Assembly (NCBI RefSeq): GCF_006345805.1
Contig: NC_043012.1
Coordinates: 16,244,001-16,308,000 of the forward strand
DNA length: 64,000 nt
Source: Octopus sinensis
Lineage: Eukaryota
Direction: 5' to 3'
Position numbers and translations under genes: made by a program. The notes under the pieces were generated by a model, which made no database searches, was not told the origin of the DNA, and saw nothing but the letters and a program-made list of their open reading frames with translations. Position 1 is the stretch's first letter. Each line of letters starts with the position of its first letter. Positions 26,601 to 37,770 of the stretch are shown here, one piece after another.

Positions 26601-27005
26601 TTACTCTTACTCTTTTACTCTTTTACTTGTTTCAGTCATTTGACTGTGGCCATGCTGGAGCACCGCCTTTAGTCGAGCAAATCGACCCCAAGACTTATTC
26701 TTTGTAAGCCTAGTACTTATTCTATCGGTCTCTTTTGCCGAACCGCTAAGTTACGAGTACGTAAATACACCAGCATCTGTTGTCAAGCAATGTTGGGAGG
26801 ACAAACACAGACACAGACACACACACACATACATATATACGACGGGCCTCTTTTAGTTTTCGTCTACCAAATCCACTCACAAGGATTTGGTCGGCCCGAG
26901 GCCATAGTAGAAGACACTTGCCCAAGATGCCACGCAGTGGGACTGAACCCGGAACCATGTAGTTGGTAAGGAAGCTACTTACCACACCACACAGCCACTC
27001 CTGCG

Positions 27006-27006
<1 letters not shown>
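26601..27006 (-). mobile_element. Full-length OR-type SINE
   Basis: Reverse complement of the head at ~27006 and of the tail TTACTCTTTTACTTGTTTCAGTCATTTG at 26601. Confidence 0.88.
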
Positions 27007-27043
<37 letters not shown>

Positions 27044-27373
27044 GTTTGTGTATCCGTACTTGCCCCCTACCATCGCTTGATAACCGGTGTTGGTGTGTTT
27101 ATATCGCCGTAACTTGGCGTTTCGGCAAAAGAGATCGATAAATAAGTACTAGGCTCACAAAGAATAAGTCGTGGGGTCGGCTTTTTCCACTAAAAACCGT
27201 GCTCTAGCATAAACACAGTAAACATATATACAGATATATCAGCGGCTGAACAGTCTAAGGGAAGTAACTCCCAAAATATATTTACGTGTTATCTTTCTTT
27301 AATACAATAAATTGCAACACTAATAATTTCTCGCGATGAAACGTTTAACGATATATATGTAGTGCTGGTCTGT

Positions 27374-27531
27374 GTTCAAATTCCGCCGAGGTCGACTTTG
27401 CCTTTCATCCTTTCGGGGTCGATAAATTAAGTACCAGTTACGTACTGGGGTCGATATAATCGACTTAATCCGTTTGTCTGTCCTTGTTCGTCCCCTCTGT
27501 TTTTAGCCCCTTGTGGGTAGTAAAGAAATAG
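27374..27531 (+). mobile_element. 5'-truncated SINE with Tx1-shared tail
   Basis: Ends TTAGCCCCTTGTGGGTAGTAAAGAAATAG. Confidence 0.85.
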
Positions 27532-27800
27532 ATGTATATAGTGCTGTTCGTTGGAGGCTCCTGGCTGACATGCTACACTCATTCTGTTCTTTATGCAACA
27601 CGATCTGTTAAGTCAGTGGTTCTCAACCATTCTTTGACTCCTTGGATTTCTATTTTACCCAGACGAATCAACACAACCATTCGATGTTTAAAAATATCCT
27701 ATTTTTGCAATTCAACATTAGTCACACTATACAACAGTATATGTGTAGGTACATTTATATCTATATATATATGTCTGTGTGCGTGCGTGCGCGCGTCTGT

Positions 27801-28063
27801 GTGAAGGCGCATGGCTTAGTGGTTAGGGCGTTACACTGACGATTGCGAGATAGTGGTTTCTATTCCTAGATCGGGCGTTGCGTTGAGTTCTCGAGCAAAG
27901 CACTTCATTTCACGTTGCTCTGCGATGATTTCCGCATCTGCCATGTGGCACATAATGCACCTGTACAGGTCGTGTCGATTTGATGGAGGGAGTGAGCTTA
28001 TGTGTACACAAGCATTTGATCACTACAAACAAATCATCCGTGTGGTTGTCCAGCAAGAAATTC
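27801..28063 (+). mobile_element. tRNA-derived SINE (third family), interrupted by element E2
   Basis: GTGAAGGCGCATGGCTTAGTGGTTAGGGCG head; stops at the 3' junction of E2. Confidence 0.7.
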
Positions 28064-28070
28064 TGTTCAA

Positions 28071-29344
28071 TTATTTATTGTCCACTACGGGCTTTACACG
28101 GAGGGACAGTACAGGACAGAGAGTTGGGGGTCATACATACAATCGCTAGCAAAATTAGATAACAAATGATGGGATGTAAACAGTGGTAACAAATGAGAAG
28201 TTTGAAAATTTTAGATATAAATGAGATTAGTAAGGTAGTACTCCGAAAAGCAGAGCATGCTGGATTGGACGTAGAGACACCACAAGCCACGAGCCATTCT
28301 GGCCGCTCGGCTAAGACTTAGGAATTGACACTCAAGTTAGTCTCATATGACTGAAGAGTAAGAAAAAGTAGAAGGTTGCTTACGTTGTGTACTCAGGGGC
28401 AGTGAAAGATTTTTCTTACTCTCTTGTGTGGCTTGTGTGGCGGTGGTAGGTAAATCCTTTGGGCTTTGGGTGTCTTCCATTGGAGTGCTTTTGGTTGGTA
28501 TACTGGTTGGTTGTGTAGAATGTGAACCTTCTTTGAGGATGGTGCAATAGTTTCTAATACTGGATTCGAGACTGTGGCGGTGTCCGCTGCCGTGCACGTT
28601 GATGTGTCTTCTCTAGGTTGTATGGACTTGGCTGTTTCGGTGGGTGGTGGGTAGGCTTGTGGTGCATTCTGGGTTGGCTTTCTTGGGATCTATTGGGGTG
28701 TCTCCTCTGCTAGAGGTGGGGGGTGGCTTATGTCTCTTGTTCACGGTGAGCAGGAGGATATGATATGGCCTTTTTGCCCACATCGGTAGCACCTTGGTTC
28801 TGTTGGTTAGCTTGGATTAGCAACTCTATCTCCTGTCCCCACTAGTTCTGTTAGTGCTGTTTGGTAACTTGTAGTATGTTTATTTTGTCCTCAATGTCGA
28901 GCAGGACAGCTGTCACCACCCATAAGTGATTGTTGTCTCACTCGCACTGTTGATACGAAACCGCGACTGTTTAGTTTAAATTCTTCTTTCTTGAGGTCCT
29001 TAATTTTGTCGTCCTTGAAAATACCCGTTGTATTCTTTTGGGGTGTAGATCATTTCCCTCCTCCCGCTCGTAACAGGGGTGAGAAGGGGACAGTTCGTTG
29101 GTCACTTCATCTCGGTGGGCGTAACTCTCACCGAAGCTGGAGCCCCTGATTGAAAAATTAATTGTGTTGCCAAAATACAAATAAACGATGGTAAAAATCT
29201 CCCCCAAAAGAGGGAAGTTTGGATGCGCCACCTCCCGGCTAAGCAGGTTCAGTTACGAGACGCACAAAATTCAACAACCATAATTATAAACGCACTTTGG
29301 TAATAGGAATTTACAAAACTTACAAACGTAAAAAATACACGTCA
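28071..29344 (-). mobile_element. ORF1-only Tx1-family element E2 (internally deleted ORF1)
   Basis: Reverse complement encodes WVVTAVLLDIEDKINILQVT and EPRCYRCGQKGHIISSC. 5'UTR is homologous to E1. Tail CTGTCCCTCCGTGTAAAGCCCGTAGTGGACAATAAA. No ORF2. Confidence 0.75.
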
Positions 29345-29360
29345 GTTCGGCAAGGAATTT

Positions 29361-31520
29361 AATTCTTTATTTGCCACAAAGGGCTACACATAGTGGGACA
29401 ATACAGGAGAGACGAGAAGCGGTCGTGACTGTAAGGTGAAACGGTCGAATGGATACAACAAAGTGAAACAAATATGTTAATGGTTAAAGATTATGACAAA
29501 ATAATGGAAATAGCGGAATGGAGGATACAATATGTAACTCAGGGCATGGGGCCCCAACAAGCCATTACTCCAACATTGCTCTTGCAAAGGAAACTCAGGG
29601 GTTCGCGCTCAAGCCACACACACTCATACGTAACAGGCGTACCACTTGCATCCATCTGGTAGCGGTGGTAGCAACTCTTTATTCGTTTTAGTTGATGTAG
29701 TAGTTGGTTAAACCAATGCCAGAGAGAAAGTTGCCGCCCTTATCGCTTTTACTTGTGTCAATCACATGACCTCTTTTACTATAGCCACGAAAAAAACAAA
29801 AAACAACAAAAAACAAAAAAAAAAGGCTGCCGGCCTTTCCTTATTGAAGGAAGGAGGCGGAACAATCTTGATGGACTCCGTTGACACCTGTGCACATCCC
29901 AGAGCAGGTGTTCGACATAAACCTATAGATTCGAAATCAGCAGTCACTGTACGATCGCGTGCAGAGCAGGTTCATTGCTCTGCTCGCATCTCAGATATGA
30001 CAGCATGCCTAAAGAATTTATCTCGAACAGGCAGTGCTTCTCGGTAGTACTGCAATGTATACAGGAGGATGTGTGTCTCTGCTGTGCAGGGGTGTAGATA
30101 AAAGTGTTCTTTCTTTTACATTTTTCTTTGCGACTTCCTTCCATTCAAGGTGACGGTTTCTGTGATGTGTCGCATGTCTTTGCCTGTATTGTCATTGGTG
30201 GGAGTCTGGTCAGGCGTGCTCTTTACCCCCGCCCCCTTGGTTGGGTCATTGGTTTTCGCTGCTGGGGCTGAGCCTGTTGGGTGTTTAGTGGAATCAAGTT
30301 TGTTAGGCATGGCATTGGTCTAGCCATTCGCAGTTGAGGTTTTTAGCTGCCGATGATCGTTAGGTAGAGTGGGTCCATTGATGATGATTCTTGTGGGCAG
30401 GTGCCCTAATATGGCTCTCTACCCACATTTATAGCATCTGGTACTCCGTCCCTCCACCATGACGCGTAGCGCTGTTTTATCTGGCAATTTTATTAAATCT
30501 GGTATATCTTCAAATTCTGCTGCGTTGCCTGGATTAGAATTTCTAGGCCTTGTTTTGCTGATGTAGCTTGGTGATTTGCAATATTTATATATTGCTTTCC
30601 AGGTCAACAGGACAGCCGCCACCAGCCACATTATGTCATTCATTGGTGGGACTTGCCCAATTTTTATCTTCGAGGTTCTTTTGCCCAAGTATGAGGGAAG
30701 TAGTACTAGTTCTGTTGATTTTAAAGGCACCGTGTGGTGTTTTTCTGCTTCTTCTTCGGACGTTAATCTGACCTCCACTGTGCCGTTCCATTACTCTCTT
30801 GCCACATCGGTTATACTGCCCCATATGGGCTGTAAATATTTCTCTATGTTTTCTTCAAAAGCATATTCTATTTCTTAGATAAAAAAAATAGTTTTGAAGA
30901 TGATGGTTTTTCGTTTTGTTATTTGAACAATTTCGCCGGGAGGGGTTACATTAACGTTGGTGCCCTCCCGTTTTTTAAAAAGAATTCTATATTCTTCTAA
31001 TCCAGTTGAGTTTATATTTAAAGTTTAGTGGTTTACCGTTGCTATTGACGAGAAACCGCGTCTGTTCGGTTTGGTTTCCTGTCTCATTGGTGTCGCAGTT
31101 TAGGGTGTCTTTGGCAGATTTCGTTAGCTTATCTTGGGTAATTGAACTATTCCCCTCATCCTGTTCACGATAGGAAAGGGCGGGGAACATTTTTTTGTAT
31201 AATTCGTTAATCAAATCGTTATAAACTTTGACGTTGGGGGCGTTACCTTCGCCGTTGCTGGAGGCCATGATGCAAAAATTAATTACGTAGACAAATTTAC
31301 AATAGAAGAGAAATTTACAATTCGCCCCTTCAAAGCGGAAAATTCTTGGGTACGATACCTCCCCTGCTAGGCAGGTTTGGTTCCGAGGATGCACAAAATT
31401 AGCGATAAATTGAACAGAATTTCGGACTAGTAGAGTATCAACAATTACGAGCAGAAACAAAACACGTCTGGTCGCGAGAAACTGGTGACCATTATACGTG
31501 GTCAAACGACGAGAGCATCC
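29361..31520 (-). mobile_element. ORF1-only Tx1-family element E1
   Basis: MASSNGEG start near 31270; LLPSYLGKRTSKIKIGQVPP; VEGRSTRCYKCG. Tail TTGTCCCACTATGTGTAGCCCTTTGTGGCAAATAAAG. No ORF2. Confidence 0.78.
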
Positions 31521-31521
31521 T

Positions 31522-31581
<60 letters not shown>

Positions 31582-31584
<3 letters not shown>

Positions 31585-31809
31585 GGAGTAAACACATAAA
31601 TGTGAAACAAGGTGGAAAAAAGAGTACTCAAATACCAGTGGTAGAGTAATATGCTTTATTTAAAGCAGCAGAAAATTCAACAAAACCTGTTACTCTGAGT
31701 TTTCCGTTGCCGTTCATCGGACAGTTTTTCTAGCAAAAACTCTCCGATGAACGTCAACGGGAAACTCAGAGTAACAGGTTTTGTTGAATTTTCTGCTGCT
31801 TTAAATAAA

Positions 31810-31810
<1 letters not shown>
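31582..31810. mobile_element. Penelope-like terminal sequence forming a 76-bp-arm palindrome with two minimal hammerhead-like motifs
   Basis: Arms 31654-31729 and 31735-31810 with 3 mismatches; each contains CCGATGA-stem-GAAA-CTCAGAG-TA. Confidence 0.65.
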
Positions 31811-31847
<37 letters not shown>

Positions 31848-31849
31848 CG

Positions 31850-32040
31850 TCATGCTTGATCGTTAAATCGTTAAATTCACAAGTTATTTTTATTCTCTCT
31901 GTTTATTTTCTCTTATTCCTTTCACAGCGTAGGCTCGAAACGTAAAGGATTTTCTCACTTTTCCGAGCGTCAAACTAATACTCCTGTTTCTTGTACATAT
32001 ACCTCTCTACGTCTTTTGTCTTTCTGTAAATTTCAATTAT
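31850..32040 (+). mobile_element. Probable Penelope-like terminal fragment (second family)
   Basis: AGCGTAGGCTCGAAACGTA, the 3' half of a minimal hammerhead. Family assignment is from memory only. Confidence 0.4.
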
Positions 32041-32100
32041 ATATATATATATATATCAGAGAGCAAAGTGTACGTACGCTGATTATATATATATATATTT

Positions 32101-32328
32101 AAGGCGGCGAGCTGGCAGAAACGTTAGCACGCCGGGCGAAATGCGTAGCCGTATTTCGTCTGCCGTTACGTTCTGGGTTCAAATTCCGCCGTGGTCTACT
32201 TTGCCTTTCATCCTTTCGGGGTCGATAAATTAAGTACCAGTTACGCACTGGGGTCGATATAATTGACTAAATCCGTTTGTCTGTCCTCGTTTGTCCCCTC
32301 TGCGTTTAGCCCCTTGTGGGTAGTAAAG

Positions 32329-32333
<5 letters not shown>
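32101..32333 (+). mobile_element. Full-length SINE with Tx1-shared tail
   Basis: AAGGCGGCGAGCTGGCAGAAACG...TTTAGCCCCTTGTGGGTAGTAAAGAAATA. Confidence 0.9.
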
Positions 32334-32356
<23 letters not shown>

Positions 32357-32361
<5 letters not shown>

Positions 32362-32746
32362 AAATCGGACAAGAACGCAAAACATCCGGACAGCTAGGTG
32401 ATACAAAAAGGGACAACAAAACATCCAGCTAGAGGATACAAAGAAAAAAGGTCGGGGTCATTCGAAGCCCTCTCTCCTCAGTCAAGCACCAGATTATCCT
32501 CGCAATTTCGGCTGATTCCTTCCAAGGAATCTAATGCTCTTAGCTTAGTTGTTCCTTGGGGCTGGCCAGATTGGAGCAATCTCAAGAGTAATCAGCCGAA
32601 ATTGCGAGGATCACCTGATGCTTAACTGAGGATAGAGGGCTTCGAATGACCCGTACTTGTTTTCTTTGTATCGTCTATGTGGATGTTTTGTCGTCCCTTT
32701 TTGTATAACCTAGCTGTCCGGATGTTCTGCGTTCTTGTCCGATTTT

Positions 32747-32750
<4 letters not shown>
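32357..32750. repeat. Fold-back inverted repeat (~161-bp arms, 72-bp spacer)
   Basis: GTACAAAATCGGACAAGAACGC... at 32357 and its reverse complement ending at 32750. Confidence 0.85.
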
Positions 32751-32784
<34 letters not shown>

Positions 32785-32809
32785 ACACACATATATATAT
32801 ATATTATAT

Positions 32810-32848
<39 letters not shown>

Positions 32849-32973
32849 CCATTTACCTCTATTTACTTATACGTTTAATTCTACTTTTCTTTTCGTTCAT
32901 TCTCCATTATTTTAATGATCAGATAAACCTGTCCTACCTTGGTTTTGTTTTCCTTTCCCTTTAATTTACATAC

Positions 32974-33042
<69 letters not shown>

Positions 33043-33059
33043 TATACACACACACACAT

Positions 33060-33093
<34 letters not shown>

Positions 33094-34276
33094 AAAAGAA
33101 AGAGACACAGAGAAGACAAATAGTAAGTAAAGATACGTAAGCCTCAAACAGCACATCATCCATTTGAAGTACAGATGATATTCTCTAGAATCGGTAAATG
33201 GCATAGAAGAAAATGAGTATATATACACGCACAAATGCATTCAAATACGTATAATCAGAACTAAATTAAAGAAACTGGTGTAAAATAAATAAATAAATAA
33301 ATATATAAAGCCAAAATTTAATTACATATATACAGCGTAAATTTTATAAATGAAAGCAAGGAGAAGAATTTACATATATTTGAAAGAACAGTTTTGAAAA
33401 ATTCATTAACAGAAAAGGAAATACTCACAATAAATAAATACGTTTAAAAACGATTCAGTTGCTCTAATAATGCTCTAATAAGTTGCTCTATTAATCAAGT
33501 ATTTCTTTAATTATTTTTGTAAGATAGGAAAACATTTCATATATGTGTGGCAAATATAGTGAATTGTCTTTTGTTATTAGAATGTATTAGTCTTATTAAC
33601 TTCAGTTGCAAGGATGCAAGGAGAATAGAGAAAAAGAATTCCTTAGGAAACCAATGAATTAGTCACAAGTAGAGGAAATTGAACCTTGTTTATACACCCG
33701 ATTTGTCAGTAGCTTTTTACTACCACTACAATATTTACAGTATCCAGGTATTAAAATATACACATCTACATGTACACACAGAGAGTTGCATATAAAATCT
33801 CAGCATAGCTTGATTTGTTGGTATGTTACAAGACTATAATGGGATATTAACAACTGCTATATTAGAGATAAATGACACACGTGCTGGCTCCAGTTATGCC
33901 TACATTTCCTTGGTTAATATCTATACTATGATGTATATAAAATACATAATATATATATGCACATACAAGCACACAACACGCACACACACTCACACATATA
34001 CGTTTATGAAGTGGAGTTTATGAATTTCAAATGTTGGTACATTTAGAATATTATGGCGACATGGCAGTACCACAAACAAATTGGCTTTAGCAGTGAAAGC
34101 AGCAAAAGGAAAAATACAAAGAAAGTTATGATGAAAATTAATGAATTTGAAGCAAGAGAAAAAGTCATGAGATGTTGAAAAACGAGGCAGTAGTTGGATA
34201 GGAACTATGGTGGCAATTTCTATCAACTCATGGAAATTCAAGTATTTTCCAGCAAAGTGAATTTTTTTAATTTATG

Positions 34277-34892
34277 CGCCCTTTTCAAGCCTAGCCTGGC
34301 TCATGGGCCCGGTTTCCCGGTTTCTATGGCGTATGTGTTCTCCCCAGCTGGACGGGACGCCAGTCCATCGCAGATAAAAAACGTCGCCCTTTTCAAGCCT
34401 AGCCAGGCTCATGGGCCCAGTTTCTCGGTTTGTGTGGCGTATATGTTACCCCCACCTGGACGGGACGCCAGTCCATCGCAGATAAAAAACGTCGCCCTTT
34501 TCAAGCCTAGCCAGGCTCATGGGCCCAGTTTCTCGGTTTGTGTGGCGTATATGTTACCCCCACCTGGACGGGACGCCAGTCCATCGCAGATAAAAGAAAA
34601 ACGTCGCCCTTTTCAAGCCTAGCCAAGCTCATGAGTCTGGTTTCCCGGTTTCAGTGGCGTATGTGTTCCCCCCACCTGGACGGGACGCCAGTCCATCACA
34701 GCGTTATTCAAGAAACAGGAAGAGAGAGTGGGAGAAAAATTGTGGCGAAAGAGTACAAAAGGGTTTGCCACCACCCCGCTGCCAGAGACTCGTGGAGCTT
34801 TTAGGTGTTTTCACTCGATAAACACACAACGCCTGGTCTGGGAATCGAAACCGCGAGTCCGCTGCCCTAACCAGTGGGCCATTACGCCTCCA
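34277..34892 (-). mobile_element. tRNA-derived SINE whose 3' ~108-bp module is tandemly repeated four times
   Basis: CGCCCTTTTCAAGCCTAGC at 34277, 34385, 34493 and 34605. Head reverse complement TGGAGGCGTAATGGCCCACTGGTTAGGGC at 34892. Confidence 0.85.
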
Positions 34893-35464
34893 TAGTGAAT
34901 AAACTAGAGAAAAATTGAAGTAGTTAAGTGTGCTAAGTTTGGTGTCGGTAACTACTAAACATAAACGCAATTGATATCGCCGTGAATTTTCCTTTTCTTT
35001 TATTTTCCAAGTTTCTTCCCAATTTACACAAGATCAAATTCTTACTTCAAGTTGCTATTCTCTGTAAGTCTCAATGATCTCGTGATATCAAGGACAACTC
35101 ACCTACCTCTATTTATAGACTAAGTAGTCGAATTACGTGCATCTAATACAATGTACTTGTGTCATAAGACTTTTTGGTGATAAAAATAAAATTAGAGACA
35201 GAGGCATAGAAATCCTCGAGACTACGTTCTCCTACTAAAAGCTTACATTGTGAAAACCCACTTTCAAATTTCCGACAGCGAATATAATATTTCTTTGCAA
35301 GTGTAAGCTAAATGGGGACGAAATATAATATTTGAATATGAATGTATCCTTAATTAATGCTGACTATAACATTTTCTTGTTATTTGATAAAAATGTAAAA
35401 CTCAGGAAAATATTGACACATTGGCTTTTTGATAAATATACATACATTCATATGTACACACACA

Positions 35465-35535
<71 letters not shown>

Positions 35536-35549
35536 AATATATATATATA

Positions 35550-35585
<36 letters not shown>

Positions 35586-36024
35586 TATATATCTTTATAT
35601 ATATAAAACTGAGAATGTGTGTCTGTCTGTCTGTCTGTGTGTTTGAGAACTACACAACCAATTTCATTCAAATTTTACACATGCCTTACTTAGGGTCCGG
35701 GGAGTGTCATCGGCAAAAAAATGTTCAACTTCTTGCCTAGAGCGAGCCCATAGCAATATCATATCTTCTCCACTATTTCAGTATTACGTGTTAAAAGTGA
35801 AACAAAAACGTTTCTCTATTTTATGTCAGATACTTTCACTTTAACAATAAAAATAATAATAACAATTAAATTATATGTAGTAAGTAATAATTAAAATCAA
35901 ACTAAAGTATAATATAATCGTAACATAACAAAAGTAAAAATAGCAATTGGTATGAAATTGCATCAGTGATTTGAACTTGAATAAGTGGTTTCACATGAAT
36001 GGGAATAAATTAAAAATAAAATTA

Positions 36025-36119
36025 GCGTGCAGAAATGGAATAGTCCAGATGGATAACAAAATATTAAATTAAAAGAAAAGACTATTGTCTATAAAGTATA
36101 CAATGTAGAGAAAAAAGGT
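36025..36119 (+). pseudogene. Left half of the older host ORF1 fragment
   Basis: Reads KEKTIVYKVYNVEKKG from 36072 and aligns to the RRTIKYKV / KRIIYKTYDTTKK motif of the other ORF1s. Confidence 0.65.
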
Positions 36120-37770
36120 CGCGTTTTTTCGGCTCCGTGTTTTTTACGCTCGTAAAATTCGGTAAAGAAAGAGTTGTTGTTGTTGTGGAGGTTTTGAACG
36201 GCGTTGGGGCGGTTTCGCGTTCCACTGGTTCTGCGTGTTGCACTTTTTCGGTTCGGGAGGCCGTTTTTCGGTCTGAGGCGATTATGAGCCGCCTCCATCA
36301 AGCGGAGGAGATGGAAGGGAGAAATTTCTCTGAAATTTCGACGGAAGTGTCGACATCTGAGGAGGAGTTGGCGGTGAAAAGGATGGAAGGCACCTACGCA
36401 GGTGTAACGAAGAAGTCAACGGAAAGACAGATAGACCTGGCTAAGTTGGCGGGCCTCCAGGAGTTTGTGAAGGAGGACGAGAACGGTGAAGTTGAGCTGC
36501 TGCCTCCAGTAGGGCGCGGAGACTGGTTCCATCGTAGAACCATTAAATATAAAGTATTTATGAATGGAGGTAGAAAGATGGAAGTAATTAACATGGAAGC
36601 AATTGAAGAGGCTCTCAAGCAGACAGGAGAGGAAATTGTGTACATGACAAAAGGATTACAATACGGAACCGTAACGGTGCAATTTAAAAGTGAAAAAGCA
36701 GCCAGGAATGTAGCAGCCAAGGTGGTGAGTACAGAAAAGATTTACTTGTTACCCTCGTATCTGAATAGGCGGACAACCAGAATTAGGGTGGAAGGAATAC
36801 CTCCACACCTAGAGGGCGAATTAATAACGGCTGCGGTTATAAAAGGAAATGAAGATAAAGTGGACATCCTCCACGCCATTATGAAGTATGAAGGCGTGAG
36901 AGGTGCCACACTAGTTATGAACATTCAAACGGAGGCGGATGTTATAGAGAGGATTACGGACAGCACAAAAACTGGAAATATTATTATGAGAGTGTGGGTG
37001 GAGGGTAGGGCGCCCAGGTGCTACAAGTGTGGCCAAAGGGGTCACATAAGAGCCTACTGCCCTCCCCCACCAAAGGAAAAAGAAAAGGAAAGCGTTGAGG
37101 AAACCTCAGGAGAGGAAGAAAATAAACAGAAACAAACAGAGAAGAAAACGACAGAAGAAGAGGAGATGCAACAAGAGTGGAAAGAAGGGGGAACAAAGAG
37201 AAAAAGAAAGAAAAAGAAAAACTGTGCGAAGCCCCAACCCACCCCGACACCACCCATACCCTTGGAGTCCCATCCTTCCCCTGCAAACAGTGATTCCACC
37301 CACTCCCCGCCTACAAGAAAATCAAAAACAGACACACAGAGCAAAGAAAGTCCCAAGACCCATTTTTTATGTTTATACATGGGAAAGACATACAAAACGT
37401 TAAAAAACGGGTGTTAACCAAGTGGTACGAACACGAAGATTGTAGCTACACGGCTGTGGATAGTGATGATACGGGTATATTGGTGAGAAGGTTTGAGGAA
37501 GAGGGTGTGTGTGGAAGTCAGTGGAAATGAAAGATGAATGGATAGAGATGGCTAAAAGAAAAACGAATGTTGTGATAGGAAAAAAAGGAATACTAATTGG
37601 AAATGGGTGAAGAAGGATAGATAAGTGATGCTGGCGGATGGGGCCGTCGGTATCACTCTCATATACCATTTTCATATTCCATTTTGCTCATATATATGTA
37701 ATTGTGATGTTCTATGTCCCCAATGTTTGTAATGTCCCCTCTATGTAGCCCCTAGTGGGTAATAAAAAAA
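36120..37770 (+). mobile_element. ORF1-only element A
   Basis: 5'UTR, ORF1, short 3'UTR and tail TGTCCCCTCTATGTAGCCCCTAGTGGGTAATAAAAAAA. Confidence 0.88.
36284..37417 (+). CDS. ORF1 of A (377 aa; probably longer if a homopolymer frameshift near 37405 is corrected)
   Basis: YGTVTVQF, LLPSYLNRRTTRIRVEGIPP, CYKCGQRGHIRAYC (CX2CX4HX4C) and a K/E-rich linker. Confidence 0.85.
   Translation: MSRLHQAEEMEGRNFSEISTEVSTSEEELAVKRMEGTYAGVTKKSTERQIDLAKLAGLQEFVKEDENGEVELLPPVGRGDWFHRRTIKYKVFMNGGRKMEVINMEAIEEALKQTGEEIVYMTKGLQYGTVTVQFKSEKAARNVAAKVVSTEKIYLLPSYLNRRTTRIRVEGIPPHLEGELITAAVIKGNEDKVDILHAIMKYEGVRGATLVMNIQTEADVIERITDSTKTGNIIMRVWVEGRAPRCYKCGQRGHIRAYCPPPPKEKEKESVEETSGEEENKQKQTEKKTTEEEEMQQEWKEGGTKRKRKKKKNCAKPQPTPTPPIPLESHPSPANSDSTHSPPTRKSKTDTQSKESPKTHFLCLYMGKTYKTLKNGC

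Noticed and set aside
34194-34622. ORF with repeated ALFKPSQAHGP peptide
   Set aside because: A by-product of the 108-bp SINE tail tandem on the opposite strand.
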